IMG/VR virus record: IMGVR_UViG_3300045589_000097 | Coordinates: 1 to 37,199 of that record | Reading direction: 5' to 3' (one strand) | DNA from: a virus | DNA: 37,199 nt | Part shown: positions 14,446-22,552 of the stretch, piece after piece | How the letters are laid out: each line of letters starts with the position of its first letter | Position numbering within the stretch: position 1 is the first letter of the stretch | Translations under genes and position numbers: made by a program | The notes under the pieces: generated by a model | What the model was told of the DNA's origin: nothing | Databases searched by the model: none | What the model saw: only the letters and a program-made list of their open reading frames with translations

Positions 14446-14517
14446 AATTACTTATATTTATATTATTGCATAAGTAAAAAAGCCCTCCACCCGTATTAGC
14501 GAGCAGATGACTATTTG

Positions 14518-15702
14518 TTACCTGATATACAGGCTTTCGCCCGGATAGATCAGGCTGTAGATTGATTTGCCGTTGTTAGCGGCTAACGTGTACATGCTGA
14601 TGCCATACTTTCTGGCAATGCTCCAGAAGCTGTCACCAGAGCGGACCGTATAATACGTGTGGCTTACCGGTGAGGTGTATCCAGACGAACGCGAGCCATA
14701 GCTCTCCCCACCATTCACGCCCAAGGCAACATAATGATACCTGCCTGAGTAGCTGAGATAACGTGCCCAAACATATGTGCCACGGATATACACGTGATCA
14801 TAAATCACACTTTCACCGGGTGCATAGCTACCAACGGATGCATAGCCGGTGCCGGCACCAGTGCGAATGTTGACCGTCGTGGACGGCTTGAAAACACCCG
14901 CTTGCGCATAGTCGGTATCACTGGCTGCATTCGATTTCGCTGGTTGGCTTGGTGCCGGTGTTACAGGCACCGACGGAGTTGCTGGCTGCTTCGAGTATCC
15001 ATTATCGGTCACACCAAGCAGATCAATGTTACCATCGAGGCCTTGCGACAGCCCAAATGCGCTCGTGTACTGCCAAATAGCTACCCCATCCATACTCGGA
15101 AAATAACCGTAGTCTGGTTTGGTAGTTGGTAGATAATCACGGTAAGCAGCAATCCAAAGGCTGTTAGGAAATTCTTTCAGGATACGCTGATAATCGACGT
15201 GTGCCAATGTATATGGCTTGTAACTGTAATACATTGGCGTGTAGCCTTCTGAACGAATGCGCCGCATGCCAGCTAAAATTGCATCCGTATTAGCTGCCAT
15301 ATTGCCAGAAGCACCATCTTCGTAGTCCAAAGCAACGATGCTTCCCTTTGGTGTCTGCGCTTTGATACGAGGCATATAACGGTCAAGTGCTTCCAACCCC
15401 AACTGGCTACTTGCACCAACACCATACCAGATGTAGCTATGCACACGTTTTCCTGCCGCCTTGGCACTAGCAATTTGGCTATCATACGTCCACTGATCGA
15501 TGTAAGTGCCACCGTAAGTGCCGCCAATCTGAGCTATGACGAACTTGTCTTGATCTGTTCCATATCGTCCACTTGCTCCCTGATACTTTGACCAATCAGG
15601 TCCCTGATCTCCCTTGGCCGCATTGGCCTGCGATGGCAAGGCAAAAGAAATAGCCGCCAAGAAGGCGACTACCAAGGTGATTAGCTTAGTTTTTAGTTTC
15701 AT
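14518..15702 (-). CDS. Endolysin: signal peptide, GH25 muramidase, SH3b-like and LysM domains (394 aa)
   Basis: MKLKTKLITLVVAFLAAISFALPSQANA signal. GPDWSKYQG...FVIAQIGG GH25 start. P/T/S linker. C-terminal YYTVRSGDSFWSIARKYGISM...PGESLYI LysM. Confidence 0.9.
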   Translation of the reverse strand: MKLKTKLITLVVAFLAAISFALPSQANAAKGDQGPDWSKYQGASGRYGTDQDKFVIAQIGGTYGGTYIDQWTYDSQIASAKAAGKRVHSYIWYGVGASSQLGLEALDRYMPRIKAQTPKGSIVALDYEDGASGNMAANTDAILAGMRRIRSEGYTPMYYSYKPYTLAHVDYQRILKEFPNSLWIAAYRDYLPTTKPDYGYFPSMDGVAIWQYTSAFGLSQGLDGNIDLLGVTDNGYSKQPATPSVPVTPAPSQPAKSNAASDTDYAQAGVFKPSTTVNIRTGAGTGYASVGSYAPGESVIYDHVYIRGTYVWARYLSYSGRYHYVALGVNGGESYGSRSSGYTSPVSHTYYTVRSGDSFWSIARKYGISMYTLAANNGKSIYSLIYPGESLYIR

Positions 15703-15929
15703 TGTTTTGATTCATCCTTTCGCCTTTTTGAAAAGAATTCATGCCAATCAGTAATCATCAGGACCAACGAAATAAGGGTAAAGAATACCGTTAGTACCAT
15801 GACGAAAGCAGTAAGCACTTTGAATAGAAGACTCAGAAATGGGAATTGAATCAGAAAAATGTAAAGACCGAGTTCAGAAATAATAATCACAGCAATGTAT
15901 GAGAACATTTTCCAGAAGAAGTCTTCCAT
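15699..15929 (-). CDS. Small membrane protein (76 aa, 2-3 TM), holin-like accessory
   Basis: Very hydrophobic with a charged C-terminus (KRRKDESKQ). Lies between the holin and the endolysin, with its stop overlapping the endolysin start. Confidence 0.6.
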   Translation of the reverse strand: MEDFFWKMFSYIAVIIISELGLYIFLIQFPFLSLLFKVLTAFVMVLTVFFTLISLVLMITDWHEFFSKRRKDESKQ

Positions 15930-15941
15930 TTTGTTTCCTCC

Positions 15942-16388
15942 TTATTGTTGTGAAGCAGCAGATGATGGTGCCAGTTGATCCTTAACTGCGTCTGCGGCCG
16001 CCTGAGCTGCGGCAGCTACCTTGTTTTGATTAGATGCTTCCTGATCGACTGTCTTTTGCGGATAGGTTTCTGCTAGGCTATCCTTCAAGTCCGCGTAAGC
16101 TTTTTCAACTGCGTTGGCAATCGTCTGCTCGTCTGTGCTGGTGAAACCAAGCGACTTCAAACCATCTTTAACTGCTTGAATGGCAGTAGATTTCTTGACC
16201 GCACCGTCAATCGCCTGTGTCACACCGAGCTGTTCTGCTGCTGTTACCGAAGCATTTGCCAATGGACCTAATACCTTTACCAAAGTGAGTGCCTGTTTGT
16301 TAGCCAGCAGCTGTTTGGAAATCCAAGCCCCAATGATTGGGACTGCTGCTACTGCAAGTGATACCACAAGATCTGTCCAATTATTCAT
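15942..16388 (-). CDS. Holin, LL-H-type (Phage_holin_6-like), 148 aa
   Basis: MNNWTDLVVSLAVAAVPIIGAWISKQL N-terminal TM, then an A/Q-rich tail. The ATG at 16388 overlaps the upstream stop. Confidence 0.7.
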   Translation of the reverse strand: MNNWTDLVVSLAVAAVPIIGAWISKQLLANKQALTLVKVLGPLANASVTAAEQLGVTQAIDGAVKKSTAIQAVKDGLKSLGFTSTDEQTIANAVEKAYADLKDSLAETYPQKTVDQEASNQNKVAAAAQAAADAVKDQLAPSSAASQQ

Positions 16389-16590
16389 GATTGTTTTCCT
16401 TTCTGAGGCGCTCATTCTCACGTCTCAATCGATCATTATCTGCGCGTAATCTGTCGTTCATGTCCTCAAGCTCATCATGCCTGTTTTTCCGTTTACCCTC
16501 GCGGTAGGTCAAGTAGGCAATAACGGCCGATGCTATACCGGCAAGATATGGGGCAAAATCAACTATTGCTTTAGTCATCTCTGCTGTCAC
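16381..16590 (-). CDS. Small TM plus coiled-coil protein (about 69 aa)
   Basis: TM segment FAPYLAGIASAVIAYL, followed by DRLRADNDRLRRENERLRKEN. GTG at 16590 lies 8 nt after AAGGAG; the start is uncertain. Confidence 0.5.
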   Translation of the reverse strand: MTAEMTKAIVDFAPYLAGIASAVIAYLTYREGKRKNRHDELEDMNDRLRADNDRLRRENERLRKENNHE

Positions 16591-16966
16591 GGCTGTCACT
16601 CCTTCGTGCCAGAATCAGCACGAAGGCTGTTATGATCGCATTGCTGATCCAATTTGAGTAGATTCCAGTTGAGATCGAGGTCAAGAATTGCAGTATTGTC
16701 AAGAAAGACATTAAAAAGCTGGTAGTTGTGAGCAACAGACGATTTATCACGGCTAACTGTATTTGGTATAGCACCCAACCCCCAATCCCGAGTCCATCAA
16801 TGACAAACAAAAACCCCACAATATCATCGTTCAACCAGTCAGAGTAATGCGGAGGCCAGATGAAATAATGGTCATTGATGAGTAGAAACAAGCCAATGGC
16901 AACCATGCCAATGGCGAGTGCTGTGTGTGTCGGGTGATCTCTGATTTTATTTAGCATTGTCATCAC
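16571..16966 (-). CDS. Integral membrane protein (131 aa, about 4 TM)
   Basis: ORF-track ORF with four hydrophobic segments, at the head of the lysis cassette. Confidence 0.65.
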   Translation of the reverse strand: MMTMLNKIRDHPTHTALAIGMVAIGLFLLINDHYFIWPPHYSDWLNDDIVGFLFVIDGLGIGGWVLYQIQLAVINRLLLTTTSFLMSFLTILQFLTSISTGIYSNWISNAIITAFVLILARRSDSRDSRDD

Positions 16967-16990
16967 TTCCTTCTACGGTTAAACGTTTCA

Positions 16991-18151
16991 CTATAACTCC
17001 AAATACTTAGGATTATCAGAAAAATCAAGAGACATTGTTTGCCCATTAATCGACACGGAATGAGTAACTTCCCCAATTGGGGACCAATACACAATCATTG
17101 CTTTTGCTTTGCTGTGATATTCGAAGCAATATAGGTCTTGCATGAAGTCAGACGGGTTAGCAACCACGTTTACCTTTCTGTGAAACGTGAACCCATTCAT
17201 CTTTTTGATGAAATTATAATAGGCAAACGCAAGCGGGGTTAATGAAGCATTCGGGTTCAAAAATCCATAATTGTTTGCTCCTAAAGCATATTGCAAGATG
17301 ATGGGCCATCCAAGGTAGTCCAATATGAGCGTTTCTCTGATGGTATATTTGATTGCGTCTTGCATTGACCAGAGACCTTGCCAAGTATATTTTGGGTTAT
17401 CAACATCACGAGAATATCCAAATTCGGTAGCAATAAGTGGCAAAGATTTTGCTCTCGGTGACAAGTCATTCAAAGAAGAGTCTCTGATTAACACTTCCGG
17501 TCTGCCATTGTTTGCGTATGATGGTACATACGGGTGAAAGCTAATAAGGTCTACGTTTGAGTCGAATATACCAAAAGAATCAGCCATCTGAATGCTATCT
17601 TTCGCCTCTTTGTAATAAGCTATTGAGCATAGCGTTGCGTAGGTTGAACCGGGGTCATTTTCTTTTACGAATGCCCCCAGCCAAATATCAAAATCAGTCC
17701 ATGCTTTAATCGTTTCATCATTCTTAGACTCAGGGTAGGTCGTCCAAAAGCTTCCATCGGCTTCGTTAAAAGCCTCCCAAACGATATTGTTGCCCTTGTG
17801 ACTCAATACGAACTCTGACACCAATTCCTTGAACGCGGTCAGTCTTGATGGGGTGAACTGCGAATTGGTCTCTGTATTGTTTGATATAGGAGTTTCACCG
17901 TGGAATGAGATCAAAAGGGAGAATCCCCGTTTTTTTGCTTCTGATATAGCAAAATCATAGGTTGCGAAGTCACCAATCCCAGAATCAAGGGCGTCATTCT
18001 TAATGTACACATTCATTCGCATGTAGCTGAGGCCAATTGCTTTGGCTGCATCGAGCTGTTTAATCACATTGCCATCATAGGTCCATATCATGGTGCCAAG
18101 CTTATCAACAAGGGGCCTTCTTCTAGATACGTTGCTCGCGTTGCTGAACAT
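16991..18151 (-). CDS. Clan GH-A (GH5-like) glycoside hydrolase, probable tail-associated glycanase (386 aa)
   Basis: NIVWEAFNEADG (acid/base NE motif) and LIATEFGYS (nucleophile TEFG motif) at the spacing expected for a (beta/alpha)8 GH5-type enzyme. It is the last gene of the tail module. Confidence 0.65.
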   Translation of the reverse strand: MFSNASNVSRRRPLVDKLGTMIWTYDGNVIKQLDAAKAIGLSYMRMNVYIKNDALDSGIGDFATYDFAISEAKKRGFSLLISFHGETPISNNTETNSQFTPSRLTAFKELVSEFVLSHKGNNIVWEAFNEADGSFWTTYPESKNDETIKAWTDFDIWLGAFVKENDPGSTYATLCSIAYYKEAKDSIQMADSFGIFDSNVDLISFHPYVPSYANNGRPEVLIRDSSLNDLSPRAKSLPLIATEFGYSRDVDNPKYTWQGLWSMQDAIKYTIRETLILDYLGWPIILQYALGANNYGFLNPNASLTPLAFAYYNFIKKMNGFTFHRKVNVVANPSDFMQDLYCFEYHSKAKAMIVYWSPIGEVTHSVSINGQTMSLDFSDNPKYLEL

Positions 18152-18162
18152 TTTTTATCTCC

Positions 18163-18654
18163 TTATCCAACGTCAAATTCATGGGAAATGACGATTGAGA
18201 CAGTTGAAGGGTAGTTTGTAGCAGTGTCCCCTGCATTAGAAAAGGCATCAAAGTAGATTCCATACTGACCACCATTTGGTTGAAGGTCACGAAGGACGAA
18301 TTTTACCCTGCCGCTAGTTAAGTCTGTTGGAAATATGCGCTGTGGGATACCAATTGAACCGGATACTGAAGATGGGAATCCTAACACCATGGATTCAGGG
18401 GTACCCCAAGTAGCAGATAGAAGCTCATTTTTAATTACGACATCTGAATATATGGTGATCGTTTTGCGTGTGCCAAGTGTTACAATCCTATACTTTGATG
18501 ACGCTGAAGCCACGTTTTCGCCAATAATTAATCCGTCTGTTAGCCAACCTGTATCTGAAAATGGGATAATGTCCCCATTTATATTCTGGAAATTCTGATT
18601 GATAACATTTTGCCAATCAGATTGTCCCTTGTTTAATAAAGTAATGTCGCTCAT
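18163..18654 (-). CDS. Hypothetical tail-tip/baseplate protein (163 aa)
   Basis: ORF-track ORF with RBS AAGGAGATAA, between BppU and the glycanase. Confidence 0.6.
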   Translation of the reverse strand: MSDITLLNKGQSDWQNVINQNFQNINGDIIPFSDTGWLTDGLIIGENVASASSKYRIVTLGTRKTITIYSDVVIKNELLSATWGTPESMVLGFPSSVSGSIGIPQRIFPTDLTSGRVKFVLRDLQPNGGQYGIYFDAFSNAGDTATNYPSTVSIVISHEFDVG

Positions 18655-18666
18655 AATATTATCTCC

Positions 18667-19641
18667 TTATATTTTGAATACAGAGTCAATGTCAAGTGTT
18701 TTGATTGTCATATTGCTTATTTGAATAGCAAGATTTGATTGTCCTGATGTCAGATAGAGCTGGTTGCCGTTGATGGCATAGCTTGGGCTCTCCATTTGAT
18801 AACCTGGAATCAGTTTCTTAACATCAGTAATATCAACAAAAACGTCTGCTATTGATGATGTTCGATATACTATCCTGACATTCAATTCATACAAGGATGT
18901 TCCGCCAGCAATGTCAATAGGACTTTGTTGAGCAACGCCGGCACCATACTGATAGATCATGCACTTGATGTCTGGATAGAAGTTATCTTGATTTAAAAAA
19001 GTGACGCTGCCAAGGTGAACTTCAGATCGGATTGGCTCAAGATGATTCAAGCGCTCTTTCAAACTGACGTACGTATTTCCATCATCATCTGATCTTGCTT
19101 CAATTAATTCACTAAGTATCTTTCCCCCTGGATCAATATTCTTGAGAATATCTTTATTCGCATTAACAAAATCTGCCCAAGAAGAATGAGCATCATTAAC
19201 CCACTGGTTATATTGATTGATGATTTCGTTGAGATTGGAGATCCAATCCTTGGCACTTTCTTTAGTCATGTCTGCGGCTGGGTAAACAGCGAACATGATG
19301 TCGAAAGTCGACTGATTCCCGTTTGAATCAGTGAATGAGAAATAAGCAATCTTGATTTTCCCTGGAACTGATCCAAGTTGGCTTGGTACTTGATACGTAA
19401 ATTTGCCACCAGATGCATCTACAATTGAAAATCCAGTCGTATCTGATACGACTGCCTTACCGTCAGCGGTGTTTGCCATGAACGATGGCGTTAGCCCACT
19501 AATTGACACCGGGGTACCATTGTCCATCAGTGTGGCATCAATTACCACGGCGCCGGTTTTGTCTCCCTGACGCAAATATATAGGCTCAGGAGCGATGGCA
19601 TTTTTTGTGTCAAGAGTTACTTTGTATGTTCTGATTGCCAT
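18667..19641 (-). CDS. BppU-family baseplate upper protein (324 aa)
   Basis: N-terminus YKVTLDTKN...IYLRQGDKTGAVVIDATLMDNGTPV matches the BppU_N pattern. Confidence 0.7.
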   Translation of the reverse strand: MAIRTYKVTLDTKNAIAPEPIYLRQGDKTGAVVIDATLMDNGTPVSISGLTPSFMANTADGKAVVSDTTGFSIVDASGGKFTYQVPSQLGSVPGKIKIAYFSFTDSNGNQSTFDIMFAVYPAADMTKESAKDWISNLNEIINQYNQWVNDAHSSWADFVNANKDILKNIDPGGKILSELIEARSDDDGNTYVSLKERLNHLEPIRSEVHLGSVTFLNQDNFYPDIKCMIYQYGAGVAQQSPIDIAGGTSLYELNVRIVYRTSSIADVFVDITDVKKLIPGYQMESPSYAINGNQLYLTSGQSNLAIQISNMTIKTLDIDSVFKI

Positions 19642-21718
19642 TTGGTATCAGTCCCTCCATTTTTTCTAAATCTTCATAGGTGTCTTTTGTATCAACGAGG
19701 CGCTGATCCTCAAATCCTCGGCGCTTGCCTTTGAGTTCCCAACCAAACGATGAATTAGGACTGTCTGACGAAACGATGAAGTAGTCATTGCCACGTTCAG
19801 AAACCCAGAAGTGCGCATCACTGTAAGCAGTCAAGAAAACTTGGTAAGGCTTGTCTGTATTAATCAAATCAAAAACGAGCGGATCAATGTCAACTCGCAC
19901 TGTTTTGCCATTGCCCGTTTTACTCTCGCCAATATCGCCTACATAGTTTTCTGCCAACTCATATGCAGGAGTAGCACGAATGCCGTCACGGGTGACCTGA
20001 ACAGCGTTTTTAGAGCCATTGTATACATTGAAATTTCCCCACACATCAGTCTCAGAACTCGTGACGGTTAGATGTGTATTCACAACCCCAGTTGACGTGT
20101 CGGTTGCCCCGATGTTGACCTTTTCCGGAGAGGAAAGCCACAGCTTGTTTTCGGCAGTAATGAATTTCGAGCCCCCGCCAGCGAAGTTAAGGTCGGAATC
20201 TATCTTAGCGTTAATCTGAACCAGCGGCTTACTTTGCGTCGAGGTCGTGGGAACGGTGATAACGCCGACACTTTTACCGTTCCCGTCCGTTTGTGCCAAC
20301 CTGAGCGTGTTACCGTCATGGTTATTGATGTCAGTACCGGTTACCATTTGGTTAATACCGCCGATTAGTTGACTACCCTTGTACAGCTCCATAGCTCCAC
20401 CTTTTAGGCGAATTTTGTAGTGGCTTGCTGGGTCTTCTGTTTCGTAGGTGATACCAGAAATGAGGTTGCCGAATAGCCGATCAGCAACGACACCATCAGC
20501 AGTGACAGCGCTTTTGAATGTTTGACCCCCATCAGTAGATACGCCCAGACCAGCACTATTGAGAATCACAACCTTATTTGCGTCCGACTTATCAACAGCG
20601 ATGATTCCTTGATCAGTGAATCTAAGTTCTGTTCGTGCGGCAAGAAGACTATTAGTAGCCAACTGCACCTGTGACGTTAGCCACTCATTAGGCACTGGTA
20701 TTTTACCGGCGGCAACATTAGACAATGCTGATTGTGATGTCTTCTGTTGCTCGGCAAATGACAGGCTGCCACACTCAACTTCTGTTTTGGTCCTTGTGCC
20801 GCGAATATCATAATCACTGGTTACCTTGATGATTCGAACCTTGTCACTAAAGTTAAGGCTCTCATCAATCACTGTGATGTAGTCACCGGGGTTTGCCATC
20901 GCGTATTTATAGCCGACAGATTGTAGGTCAACAAGATTTAGGGTGAGTGAGATGTTCCAACTCTTGTCGACTTTTTCTTTCACAGCAGCAAGCAAATTTT
21001 CGGCAATCGTGTACCGCTCATCAGCAATAGGAACCGCTTCAATGGCGCCAAACTTCGGATAGTAGTAATCATATAGCGGCGATTTGTACTCAACTGTCAG
21101 GCGCTGGCTTGTGGTGTCATTCGGTTTGCTGTAGGCACCATAACCACGACCATAGGTGGCAAATGTTGTGTTATCAGTCTGAATCTCCGCTGTATCCAAG
21201 TTGAACTTTTTACGAACGATGGTAGACAGATCAGACCCCATAGTTGGCACGACATGAACAACTGTGCCCTCCACATAGAACTCAACGTTTGCTTGATCGA
21301 TAATGTCATTGAATAGCGACAGACGGTCACTCATGCCCCAGTCTTGCTTTTCAAAAGCCGCAACCGAGGCCGTGTTGTCGTACGTGTACCCTGTGCCAGC
21401 AAACAAAGCGTCAAGATAGCTGGAGAATGGGTGCGACCCATTCCAAGTTTCGTAGAAACCGGTCTTACTCATTTTGTAGAAGAATGCCTGAACGGCGCTG
21501 AACGCAACGGTGTTCTCTTTGTCATTCTTTGTGTACGTGACAACAACGTATTCTTCATCAAGAAACGATAGCGTCCAGCCCTTAGCAATGTTTTCTTTGA
21601 CGTCTTGGCCAAAGTAGATTGTCCCAGACAGTGACTTCTCGCCATTCACCGCATCGGTTTTCTCAATCTCGCACTGGGCCTGATATTCATTATTCTTAAC
21701 GTCTTTGAATGTAATCAA
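19610..21718 (-). CDS. Tail-associated protein Tal (prophage tail endopeptidase-type N-terminus), 702 aa
   Basis: Size and position after Dit. The N-terminal region resembles siphovirus Tal proteins. Confidence 0.75.
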   Translation of the reverse strand: MITFKDVKNNEYQAQCEIEKTDAVNGEKSLSGTIYFGQDVKENIAKGWTLSFLDEEYVVVTYTKNDKENTVAFSAVQAFFYKMSKTGFYETWNGSHPFSSYLDALFAGTGYTYDNTASVAAFEKQDWGMSDRLSLFNDIIDQANVEFYVEGTVVHVVPTMGSDLSTIVRKKFNLDTAEIQTDNTTFATYGRGYGAYSKPNDTTSQRLTVEYKSPLYDYYYPKFGAIEAVPIADERYTIAENLLAAVKEKVDKSWNISLTLNLVDLQSVGYKYAMANPGDYITVIDESLNFSDKVRIIKVTSDYDIRGTRTKTEVECGSLSFAEQQKTSQSALSNVAAGKIPVPNEWLTSQVQLATNSLLAARTELRFTDQGIIAVDKSDANKVVILNSAGLGVSTDGGQTFKSAVTADGVVADRLFGNLISGITYETEDPASHYKIRLKGGAMELYKGSQLIGGINQMVTGTDINNHDGNTLRLAQTDGNGKSVGVITVPTTSTQSKPLVQINAKIDSDLNFAGGGSKFITAENKLWLSSPEKVNIGATDTSTGVVNTHLTVTSSETDVWGNFNVYNGSKNAVQVTRDGIRATPAYELAENYVGDIGESKTGNGKTVRVDIDPLVFDLINTDKPYQVFLTAYSDAHFWVSERGNDYFIVSSDSPNSSFGWELKGKRRGFEDQRLVDTKDTYEDLEKMEGLIPNGNQNIQSNS

Positions 21719-21730
21719 TAATCACGCCTC

Positions 21731-22549
21731 CTATGCGTACAGATTTTGGAAACCAAGGATCTTGACGGATCCGGAAACATTGCAAGTGATCTTATTCGGC
21801 TTGTCCGGTTGCAAAATAAAATAGGCCTTGTTCGTCTTGCTGACGATACTTAGCCCATTTTGGGTGTAACTAAATCCGTTCAAAAGGATTACATCTCCAG
21901 CGACAACAGCCTTGCTAGAAGTTAGCTCAGTATCATCTATTTTGAACGACAATGAAGACGTTGACCCGGTTGCGGTTAGCTGAACAGCGAACCCTTGCTC
22001 AAGCTGATTGCATGGAACGGTTCCTCGGTATGGGACATTACTACTAACATCAATATCATTCGGCGGTGTCTCACCGTAGGGCAACTTCATCGTCTTGAAT
22101 TCGGCTGTCAACTTATACAAGAGTGTCCCATTGACGTTGCCAACAAGCTCCATCTCAGGCGCCTCTGTATAAACGAGGAACCGCTTGTGCGATGGATAAT
22201 CTTTGAGTTTATCGTAGTAGTTTCCAGACGTCTCTCCAGGCCTCTCAACAGCCGCCTCGGGCGATGTTTTTAGTTGTGTGATGTAATAACCATCAGGATC
22301 AGAAAGTAGCGCATACAGCTTCTCACGAAGTGCTTCTTCCTCGTCCATGTCATCTGCCCGGTAGTAACCAGTAATGTCGATTGTCTTGTCTGTATGCCAG
22401 CCTCCAAAGTCAATGTTCCCGTTGCGTTGATCGAGCTGCATGTTGTTCCGAGTGACTGATGGTGCCGATTCCTCGAATTCAGTTATCAGTACCTTATATT
22501 GGCTCAGGTAGTATCGGCTACCATCAAGCTTTTCAACTAATAGGTCCAT
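21731..22549 (-). CDS. Distal tail protein Dit (272 aa)
   Basis: Lies immediately downstream of the tape measure gene, with typical size. Confidence 0.7.
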   Translation of the reverse strand: MDLLVEKLDGSRYYLSQYKVLITEFEESAPSVTRNNMQLDQRNGNIDFGGWHTDKTIDITGYYRADDMDEEEALREKLYALLSDPDGYYITQLKTSPEAAVERPGETSGNYYDKLKDYPSHKRFLVYTEAPEMELVGNVNGTLLYKLTAEFKTMKLPYGETPPNDIDVSSNVPYRGTVPCNQLEQGFAVQLTATGSTSSLSFKIDDTELTSSKAVVAGDVILLNGFSYTQNGLSIVSKTNKAYFILQPDKPNKITCNVSGSVKILGFQNLYA

Positions 22550-22552
22550 ATA

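Noticed and set aside
14241-14477. Plus-strand 78-aa ORF in the int-lysin intergenic region
   Set aside because: It has no RBS and lies antisense to the pgi-like 3' fragment within the attP region.
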